From positions 2,372,479-2,416,871 of the forward strand of contig CP070831.1 in assembly GCA_020344955.1 (NCBI GenBank): a stretch of 44,393 nucleotides of DNA, read 5' to 3'. The DNA is from Promethearchaeota archaeon (GTDB lineage: Archaea > Asgardarchaeota > Lokiarchaeia > Sigyniarchaeales > SOKP01). The translations under genes and the position numbers were made by a program. Position 1 is the first letter of the stretch. The number at the start of each line of letters is the position of its first letter. Below, in pieces: positions 36,813 through 44,393 of the stretch. The notes beneath the pieces were generated by a model. That model saw only the letters and a program-made list of their open reading frames with translations. It was not told the DNA's origin and searched no databases.

Positions 36813-38162
36813 TTGTTTATATTGGATTTTGTACCTCATGATAACAAAACTGTTGAAGAAATGTTAAATTTAATTGGTGTAAAATCTTTAAAAGAGCTCT
36901 ATCAAGATGTTCCTAAAGATTTAGTTATTGAACAATTAAATTTGCCTGCTGGTTTACCGGAATCAAATCTACTACATAAAATTACGAAAATTTCTCAGAA
37001 GAATAAGTTATATTCTAATTCTTTCTTAGGAGCAGGATGCTACTATCATTATATTCCCTCATTGATTGATTTTGTAATCAGTCGATCAGAATTTTATACT
37101 TCTTATACTCCTTATCAAGCTGAGGCTAGCCAAGGATATTTACAAGCTATTTATGAATATCAAACTATTATTTCTAGAATAACCAAAATGGATGTTGCAA
37201 ATGCAAGTATGTATGATGGTTCAACCGCTCTTGCTGAAGCGGCTATTATGGCGACTATAATTACAAGGAAAAAGACGGTAATAATGTTAAAGGGAATTCA
37301 TCCTGAATATGAAGAAGTAGTTAAAACATACTGTTGGGGCCAAAATATTAAAATAGAAATTGCAACAAATGAAAATTTGGAAACTAAACTAAATAATGAT
37401 ATAGCTGCTATTTTATTTCAAAGTCCTAATTTTTTTGGTGACATACAAGATATACCTAAAATTACTAAAATTATAAGAGATAACTGCCCTAATTGTTTGA
37501 TTATTCAAGCTATGACTGATCCAACATGTTTAGGTATTTTAAGGCCTCCTGGAGCCACTGATATTGACATATTTGTTGCTGAGGGGCAATCATTTGGAAT
37601 TAGTCCATCTTTTGGGGGACCAGGATTAGGGATTTTTACAGCAAAACAAAAATATTTAAGAAAAATGCCAGGCAGACTTATAGGAAAAACTAAGGAAATA
37701 AATGGTGAAAAATTAGGATTTATCTTAACACTTCAAGCACGTGAACAACATATCCGTAGAGAAAAAGCAGGCTCTAATATTTGTACAAACCAAGCGTTAT
37801 GTTCATTATCTGCTTTAGTATATCTTCTAGCATTAGGATCAACTGGTTTAAAAGAGGTTGCAAATCAGAATTTTCAAAAAGCACATTATGTAAAACAAAA
37901 ATTGAGTGAAATACCAGGATATGAAATATTAAATAAAAATCCAACTTATAATGAGTTCTTAGTTAAATGTGATGATATTGATTCTCTAATAGAACATTGT
38001 AAAACACGAGAACTTCTACCACCGTTAAAAATTTCAAGATATTACCCTGAAATGAAAAATATTGCATTAGTGTGTGTAACTGAAATGAACTCAAAAAAAT
38101 CTATAGATTTATTTATTGAAGCTGCTTATTCTGCTTCGAATGGCAAAATGGAGGGAAATTGA
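36813..38162 (+). CDS. gcvPA: glycine dehydrogenase (decarboxylating) subunit 1
   Basis: FLGAGCYYHYIP, SEFYTSYTPYQAEASQG.LQ and IREKAGSNICTNQAL are GcvPA blocks. The start is TTG at 36813 or 36822 (LDFVPHDNKTVEEML resembles the usual N-terminus). No ATG lies near the 5' end. Confidence 0.94.
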   Translation: MFILDFVPHDNKTVEEMLNLIGVKSLKELYQDVPKDLVIEQLNLPAGLPESNLLHKITKISQKNKLYSNSFLGAGCYYHYIPSLIDFVISRSEFYTSYTPYQAEASQGYLQAIYEYQTIISRITKMDVANASMYDGSTALAEAAIMATIITRKKTVIMLKGIHPEYEEVVKTYCWGQNIKIEIATNENLETKLNNDIAAILFQSPNFFGDIQDIPKITKIIRDNCPNCLIIQAMTDPTCLGILRPPGATDIDIFVAEGQSFGISPSFGGPGLGIFTAKQKYLRKMPGRLIGKTKEINGEKLGFILTLQAREQHIRREKAGSNICTNQALCSLSALVYLLALGSTGLKEVANQNFQKAHYVKQKLSEIPGYEILNKNPTYNEFLVKCDDIDSLIEHCKTRELLPPLKISRYYPEMKNIALVCVTEMNSKKSIDLFIEAAYSASNGKMEGN

Positions 38163-38164
38163 AC

Positions 38165-39601
38165 ATGAACTCTAATATTCAATTGATTTTTGAAAAAGGA
38201 ACAGGAATTAATCTTCAAAATTATGTACCAGAAATGGATATAGATGAGATAAATCTTGATAAAATCTTACCAAAAGCTTTCCAACGAATAGATCTTCCCA
38301 TTCCTAATATTCCCGAAGTTGAAATCGTTCGCCATTTCATTAATTTGAGTAATAGAAATTATGGAGTCGACACAGGAATATATCCCTTAGGTTCATGTAC
38401 AATGAAATATAATCCTAAAATAAATGAACATATTGTTAGATTACCAAATTTTGCCCAAATTCATCCTTTACAAGAAGAAAATGATGGTTGTTTAGAATTA
38501 CTTTACCACCTCTCAAAACTATTGGGGGAGATAACAGGGATGGATGGTTTTACATTACAACCAGCAGCAGGTGCCCATGGGGAATTAGTTGGCTTATTAA
38601 TAATGAAAAAGTATTTTGAGACAAAAAGGATAAAAAAGCAAAAACTCATAGTACCTGATTCTGCTCATGGAACTAATCCTGCTTCAGCAAGAATGGCAGG
38701 ATTCTCAATCATAGAAATACAATCCAATAAAAATGGAGAAGTTCCATTAGACCAATTGGAATTTGCTATGGATGAAGGCGATGTTGCTGGAATTATGCTA
38801 ACAAATCCTAATACGTTAGGAGTATTTGATAGACAAATAAAAGAGATCACAAGAATTGTTCATGAAAAAGAGGGATTATGTTATTATGATGGGGCAAATT
38901 TAAATCCAATGTTAGGAATATGCCGTCCACGAGATATGGGATTTGACATCGTTCATCTAAATTTACATAAAACTTTTTCTACTCCACATGGGGGTGGTGG
39001 ACCTGGTTCTGGGCCCATTGGTGTAGTAAATGAGCTAATTCCTTTTCTTCCTGAACCATGTTTAATCTCTACAAAACATGGAATAATATGTCAAGAAAAC
39101 AAAGAAAACTCAATTGGAAGGATAAAAGCTTTTTGGGGTAATTTTGGTGTATTGGTTAAAGCTTATGCTTACATATTAGCCCTAGGGGCTGAAGGATTAA
39201 AGAAAGTTGGTCAAATCGCTTCTCTAAATGCAAACTATTTAAGAGTTCTATTACAGAAGAATTACAGCGTTCCTTATAACCGAATTTGTCAACATGAATT
39301 TGTACTTTCGGATCGTGGTATACCTAATGAAGTTACAACGGAAGATATTGCAAAGCGTATTCTTGATTATGGAATATATGCACCAACAATTTATTTTCCA
39401 CTAGTAGTCCCTGGTGCTTTAATGATAGAACCAACTGAGACTGAATCTAAACAATCATTAGATTATTTTGTGAAAATAATGAATAAAATTTTTGAAGAAG
39501 CAAATAATAATCCTGAAATCTTAAAAAACGCACCCTATAATACCCCTGTTAAACGTTTAGATGCGGTACAAGCAGCAAGAAATCCTATATTACATGATTA
39601 A
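38165..39601 (+). CDS. gcvPB: glycine dehydrogenase (decarboxylating) subunit 2 (PLP-binding)
   Basis: YPLGSCTMKYNP and LQPAAGAHGE are present, along with NLHKTFSTPHGGGGPG, which contains the PLP lysine. GGAGGG at 38150-38155 lies 9 nt before the ATG at 38165. The ORF track's TTG at 38159 (a 4-nt overlap with gcvPA) is the alternative start. Confidence 0.95.
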   Translation: MNSNIQLIFEKGTGINLQNYVPEMDIDEINLDKILPKAFQRIDLPIPNIPEVEIVRHFINLSNRNYGVDTGIYPLGSCTMKYNPKINEHIVRLPNFAQIHPLQEENDGCLELLYHLSKLLGEITGMDGFTLQPAAGAHGELVGLLIMKKYFETKRIKKQKLIVPDSAHGTNPASARMAGFSIIEIQSNKNGEVPLDQLEFAMDEGDVAGIMLTNPNTLGVFDRQIKEITRIVHEKEGLCYYDGANLNPMLGICRPRDMGFDIVHLNLHKTFSTPHGGGGPGSGPIGVVNELIPFLPEPCLISTKHGIICQENKENSIGRIKAFWGNFGVLVKAYAYILALGAEGLKKVGQIASLNANYLRVLLQKNYSVPYNRICQHEFVLSDRGIPNEVTTEDIAKRILDYGIYAPTIYFPLVVPGALMIEPTETESKQSLDYFVKIMNKIFEEANNNPEILKNAPYNTPVKRLDAVQAARNPILHD

Positions 39602-39648
39602 CATTATAAATTTTTAAATTTATGAAGTCTATAGCAATATAATTTCTA

Positions 39649-41654
39649 ATGAAGTATGAAAAGTATAATTTAGATTTTGGTGTACAAAAATAAACTATTT
39701 ATCGTTTTTTCCTTACGCACAATTCAGAAAAAATCAAGAAAGTATAACTAAACAAATTGAAGATAGTTCAAGGGATAATAAAATTACTTTATTATTAGCT
39801 CCTAATGGGACAGGAAAAACCATAATTGCCTTATGTAGCTTACTCCCTTTAGTATTTGAGAAGAATCTTAAAATTATTTATATGTGTCGCACGCATTCTC
39901 AAAATCGTCGAATAATAAAAGAATTGATAAAAATCTCCCAAAAAATAACTAATGATGATCTTAAGGTTAAACTTAATGCACTTTCTATTAGAGGAAGAAA
40001 TGAAATGTGCTTAAATGAGACATTATTATCTCTTAAGTTAAATCCGAAGGAAGCAATGTCTGTTTGTGCTGATTTGCGAAAAAATAGGAATTGTATTCAT
40101 TTTTTAAACTTATTAAAAAAAAGGGGACAAAGTGAAAACCCTTTATCGATCGCTCCAGAATTATTTAATAAACCTATTGATGCGGAAGAATTAATTAAAT
40201 TCTGTAAAGAAAAAAGATTCTGTCCATACTTCTTAAGTAAATTCTTACTTGAAGCAATGAAAGTAATTATTTGCAATTACCAATGGCTTTTCAATCCTTT
40301 TATTCGTGAGTCTTTTATAGAATTTATTGGTCAAGACCTTCAAAATTGCATTTTAGTTCTAGATGAATGTCATAATGTCATAGATGTCGCAACAGATGTA
40401 AACTCGAAAAAAATTACCCCTTATTCCTTAAGGTTATGTTTAAAAGACCTTGAAATGTATAGATCTCCTATTTTAATGCAGAGTTTTGTAAGAATCATAT
40501 TAGACCATCTAAACCAAAAAAAGAAGAGCTTAAGAACTAAAGAAAAAGCTATTAATCCTGAAAATTTTTTGGAAAGAATTCTAGAGAAATTAGGATTAAA
40601 TGATTTAAATGGATTTAAAAATTTTTTAGAGGATCTCCTTGATTTCAGCATTGCAATTCATGAAGAAAAACTCGCCAATGGAGAAATTTCACGAGATTTT
40701 ATCGGTTCTTTGGCGGAATTCTGGTTAAAATGGCTAAGTGTATATTCGGCAGATAATTATTTCTTTTGTTATAATGTTAAAGAAATCAAGGGGAAGAGAT
40801 CAATATCGCTCGAAATTGTTGCATTAGATCCTAGAGAAATTGCTATTCCTATATTAAAAAGAGGATTCACTTGTTTGAATCTTTCTGGAACAGTAAATCC
40901 ATATGTATATAACAACCTAATGGGACTAAATGAGTGTGGTAAGAGTTATAAAGGGATTATTGCTGATTCACCTTTCAGTAAAAATAATATCAAGGCTATT
41001 ATTACTGAGGGGGTAGATACTAGAAGGGATAATAGAACACATGATATGTATAAAAAGATGATCGATAAAATTGATGAAGTTTTAAACTGTACCCCTGCAA
41101 ATATAGGGATTTTTTGTGCTTCATATAAAATCCTTAAAGGGTTGTTAGCAAATGGATTAGAAAGTATAACACAAAATAATAATAAAAAACTCTTTGTTGA
41201 GGAACCAGGGTTATCAGCATCAGAAAATGCTATGTTAGTAGATGATTTTAAAAGTGAAGCTTCGAATAGTGGAGCTGTTTTGTTAGGTGTATGTGGCGGG
41301 AGAAATTCAGAAGGAGAAGATTATCCTGGAGGCTATATGAATTCTGTAATTATTGCCGGTGTCCCTTATCATCTTCCTACTCCAAGAGTTGAGGCTAAAA
41401 TAAAATATTATGATAAAGTATTTAATAGGCAGGGATGGAATTTTGCTTATTTATACCCCGCTGTTCAACGTGCAAACCAAGCTTCTGGAAGACCAATTAG
41501 AAAGATTTCTGATAAAGGAGCAATAATTTTTATGGATAGCCGATTTAAAGCAAAAATTAAGTGGATTTCGGAATGGATAAGAAAAGAACTAGAAATAATC
41601 CCAGATAAACCTAATGCAATAATTCAGAATCTATCTCCTTTTTGGAAAGTTTAG
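39649..41654 (+). CDS. xpd: XPD/Rad3-family 5'-3' DNA helicase (Fe-S cluster type); the 5' end is split between two reading frames
   Basis: Walker A APNGTGKT lies at 39798-39821. The DEAH-type box is LVLDECHNV. Four Fe-S Cys residues are present (MCLNE, VCADL, NCIHF, FCPYF). Helicase motif VI is QRANQASGRPIR. The helicase frame has no ATG, GTG or TTG between the stop at 39666-39668 and the ATG at 39882. A short ORF from ATG 39649 (MKYEKYNLDFGVQK*) in another frame ends in an A5 run at 39686-39690. Confidence 0.85.
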
Positions 41655-42834
41655 GGATTTTTTGATTTGGATTAAATTTTAAAAAGATTATAATCGTAGA
41701 AATTAATGGAAATATTATCATAAAGTACATTACGATATAATAATCTGAATTAAAAACTGTTAATAGTAGACTGAACAAAAGTCCTCCAATAAAACTTCCC
41801 GAAAACACACTAGAATTAGCATACCCCATATATTTCCCTTTATTTTTAGGTGAAGTCTTCTGAGCTATATATGTGATAGTGGCAGCCCAGTGCATTGAAT
41901 AACTAAAAGACACTAAAAATTGAAAAAATAGATAACTCCAGAAATTAGTTGATATTATGTACCCAAAAATAGAAATTGAGCTTAGCAAGTAACCGACGAT
42001 CATGAAAGATTTAATATTTTTGATGGTAATTACCTTTCCTATTAACAACATCTGAAAAAATTGCATTAAAAAATTTATTCCAATTAAAAATCCAACCTCT
42101 GAATCACTTCCCAAATGCGAAATCATAATAATAGCGAGGATTGGCATAATTGGTTTTATACTAAAATTTCTAAAAAATAAACCATAGTATATCGACTGAG
42201 AAATTGAAACCCCTTCTTCACTATTACTAAAAGTAAGGCTATTGGACTTTTTTTCTTCTTGACTATTATACCTTTCCAAAATTAACGATCTCTTTTCGTT
42301 GATAAAAGGGACTAAAATTACGCTCGGTAGCGAGATTAGTAAAATAAATAAAAATATATTTTCAATACTATAAAAATCAATAAATGTCCCGCCAGATTGA
42401 GCGCCAACAAACCAACCGGCTACGACTGAAGCGTTAAAGTAAGAAATGAATGTTCTATCATCTTCTACTAGTTCTGCAAATAAAGTCATTAATAAGTTGG
42501 ATGATGCCATAAAAAAACCAAAAAGAAATAAAAATAGAACTATTAATATTAAATTTTGAGTAAAAAATAACATTAAATAAGAAACTGTCATACCAATTGT
42601 TCCAAATAATATAAAAGCATATCTATTTTGAATTTTATCTGAGTAATAACCATATAATGGAGGAAAAATAAAAGCAGTTAAAGGAAAAATTGTGATTATA
42701 AGCTGCATTAAAGGTTTTTCTACACCTAAAAATAGTAAGTATTTAGGTACATAAGTATAAATAATAATTGCAGCCGCATTAATAATAAAAACAGATAAGA
42801 GGATTAAAATAATAGACTTTTTTGATAAAATCAA
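41611..42834 (-). CDS. MFS-type transporter, paralogue 1 of 3
   Basis: It has about 12 hydrophobic segments in a 6+6 arrangement, split by a hydrophilic loop (NSQEEKKSNSLTFSNSEEG). The MFS motif-A-like sequence is GYYSDKIQNRY. The start is TTG. The 3' end overlaps the XPD 3' end by 44 nt. Confidence 0.8.
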   Translation of the reverse strand: MILSKKSIILILLSVFIINAAAIIIYTYVPKYLLFLGVEKPLMQLIITIFPLTAFIFPPLYGYYSDKIQNRYAFILFGTIGMTVSYLMLFFTQNLILIVLFLFLFGFFMASSNLLMTLFAELVEDDRTFISYFNASVVAGWFVGAQSGGTFIDFYSIENIFLFILLISLPSVILVPFINEKRSLILERYNSQEEKKSNSLTFSNSEEGVSISQSIYYGLFFRNFSIKPIMPILAIIMISHLGSDSEVGFLIGINFLMQFFQMLLIGKVITIKNIKSFMIVGYLLSSISIFGYIISTNFWSYLFFQFLVSFSYSMHWAATITYIAQKTSPKNKGKYMGYANSSVFSGSFIGGLLFSLLLTVFNSDYYIVMYFMIIFPLISTIIIFLKFNPNQKIPKLSKKEIDSELLH

Positions 42835-42920
42835 TACAAATACCCCTTTTAGTAATTAAATTAAAATGGCTAACATTAATTACTTTTCTAATTATTGTAT
42901 GAAGTAAGAGTTTTTTTTTT

Positions 42921-42928
42921 AAAAAAAA
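42921..42928 (-). terminator. T8 run on the minus strand, candidate terminator between MFS paralogues 2 and 1
   Basis: The plus strand reads T10 A8 (42911-42928). On the minus strand this gives T8, 27 nt downstream of the paralogue-2 stop. Confidence 0.3.
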
Positions 42929-42954
42929 GTAAACATAATTTTCACTTTAAAAAT

Positions 42955-44115
42955 TTAATTTTCTCTAAATTTTATCGTCATTATCAATATAGAAATTATT
43001 GGAAACATAATCATAAATGGCATTGCAACATAATAATCGGAATTAAAAATTCCTAATAACAAACTAAAAAATAATCCTCCTATTGTGGTACCGGCAAAAA
43101 GACTTGTATTAGCATAACCCATAAATCGCCCTTTATTAACAGGCGTGGAATTTTGCGCAAGAAAAACAATAGTTGCCATCCAAAACATGGCATAGCTTAG
43201 AGATACTAATACTTGAAAAATAAAAAAGCCCCAAAAATTATTAGAGAAAATATATCCAAGAATAACAATAACTGTTAAAATATATCCCAAAATTAAAAAT
43301 AATTTTAAGTTCTTCTCAGATAAAACTTTTCCCATTAAAAGCATAAAAAAAAATTGCATTAAGGGATTTAAACCAATTAATAATCCAACTTCACTATTAC
43401 TCGAAATATGAAAACTCATAATAATTATTATAATATTCAAGATTGGGATAACACCAAAATTTCTGAAAAAAATACTATAAAATAATGATCGGGGAATATT
43501 ATCATCTTTATTATCCATTTCTATATTAATATTTTTGGACAAACTTTCATTAGCATTTAAAATTGCTTGTCTATTTTCTCTAATAAATATAACAAAAATT
43601 ATACTTATTAAAAAAATCATCAGAGAAAAGATAATTATTGTCTCAACACTAAATATATCAATCCACAACCCTCCAATAACCACTCCTAAAAACCATCCAA
43701 TAGCACAGTTAGCATTATAAAAGGATATCCATTTCTTATCATTTTGGACTAGCTCACTATAAAGAGTGAGATAGATAGACGAAGATGAACAAAAAAAACC
43801 TAATATAAATAACTCTATATTTAATATTATTATATCCTTAGCAAATATAAGTAATATCAACATAAAGAGCATTCCGGCAGATCCTAATAGAATAAAATAA
43901 ATTCGATTTTGAAGTTTATCTGAATATTTACCTAAGAAAGGGGGAAAAATAAAGAATGTTGACATAAAAATCGTCATTGTTAAAGTTATAATTGATGGCC
44001 CCGTTCCCATATTTTCTAAAAAACGAGGCAAATAGGAGATCAACATCATAATAGAGAAGTAGATAAAAAATACATTTAGTAACATAAATATAACAGATTT
44101 TCTTGCTATTATCAA
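42955..44115 (-). CDS. MFS-type transporter, paralogue 2 of 3
   Basis: It aligns along its whole length with the 41611-42834 product. Shared blocks include FIFPP..G.YSDK.QNR, ISFYNA, SEVG.LIG.N.LMQFF.MLL.GKV, KG..MGYAN.S.F.G and FNSDYY. The start is TTG, and the MI(I/L)(A/S)(R/K)KS N-terminus is conserved. Confidence 0.8.
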   Translation of the reverse strand: MIIARKSVIFMLLNVFFIYFSIMMLISYLPRFLENMGTGPSIITLTMTIFMSTFFIFPPFLGKYSDKLQNRIYFILLGSAGMLFMLILLIFAKDIIILNIELFILGFFCSSSSIYLTLYSELVQNDKKWISFYNANCAIGWFLGVVIGGLWIDIFSVETIIIFSLMIFLISIIFVIFIRENRQAILNANESLSKNINIEMDNKDDNIPRSLFYSIFFRNFGVIPILNIIIIIMSFHISSNSEVGLLIGLNPLMQFFFMLLMGKVLSEKNLKLFLILGYILTVIVILGYIFSNNFWGFFIFQVLVSLSYAMFWMATIVFLAQNSTPVNKGRFMGYANTSLFAGTTIGGLFFSLLLGIFNSDYYVAMPFMIMFPIISILIMTIKFREN

Positions 44116-44250
44116 TTATATATCTCCTATTAATCAAATCAATATTAGAAGTATTCTTTAGAATATTTCTCAATTTAATTAGTTTACCACAGAATTAAAG
44201 AATTAAACAACTTTTTCTTAATCTCACATTTATTAAATAAAATTAGGCTA

Positions 44251-44393
44251 CTAATCATTATTGAATTTTAAGAAGATACTTAATGTAGAAATTAATGGAA
44301 AAAAAAGCATTATCCACATAAAAGCATAATAGTCTGTATTAAAAAATAATAGAAGACTAAAAAATAAAACCCCCAGAAATCCCCCCGAAAAAA
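44251..44393 (-). CDS. MFS-type transporter, paralogue 3 (C-terminal 46 aa only; the gene continues beyond the window)
   Basis: My own translation of the minus strand is FSGGFLGVLFFSLLLFFNTDYYAFMWIMLFFPLISTLSIFLKFNND*. This aligns with the C-termini of the two upstream paralogues. Confidence 0.7.
   Translation of the reverse strand, partial: FSGGFLGVLFFSLLLFFNTDYYAFMWIMLFFPLISTLSIFLKFNND

Noticed and set aside
1-44393. A scan by eye of the whole window for CRISPR arrays, rRNA or tRNA genes, IS elements, integrases, inteins and toxin-antitoxin pairs.
   Set aside because: I saw no regularly spaced direct repeats, no extended GC-rich structured segments and no transposase or integrase-like ORFs. 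I also saw no intein-like insertions interrupting conserved motifs. The by-eye scan could miss short or degenerate elements.

Overview
This is a strongly AT-rich archaeal chromosomal segment, densely coding on both strands with about 40 genes. I found no rRNA, tRNA, CRISPR array, transposase or integrase. Several genes point to an Asgard (Loki-type) archaeon, which is an inference from gene content. These are three H4MPT C1-pathway enzymes (ftr, mtd, mch), an FrhB-family F420 protein and a complete glycine-cleavage operon (gcvT-H-PA-PB). There is also a Rag/Gtr-type GTPase with a fused roadblock domain, a Rab-like small GTPase, a presenilin homologue, XPD, a RecJ/Cdc45-like DHH nuclease and a beta-CASP RNase. 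The remaining recognisable genes are GlyRS, an apt / PfkB kinase / MTAP salvage trio, a B12-radical-SAM plus HAD pair flanked by TPR proteins, a GNAT, a GT4 glycosyltransferase, an archaemetzincin, a 3-hydroxyacyl-CoA dehydrogenase and three tandem MFS paralogues. No textbook 'system' is evident. The best leads are listed here. (1) A Rab-like GTPase with substituted catalytic Gln and G4 Asn sits directly downstream of an orphan multi-pass membrane protein. (2) Two large, sequon-rich surface proteins are translationally coupled. (3) An orphan module combines a 7TM protein, a 544-aa coiled-coil protein and a basic-tailed GNAT. (4) The XPD helicase has its Walker A motif upstream of any in-frame start codon, and an A5 run separates it from a short ATG-initiated ORF. 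(5) Perfect palindromic operator candidates lie upstream of the FrhB-like and radical-SAM genes. All functional calls rest on motif recognition by eye; no searches were run.
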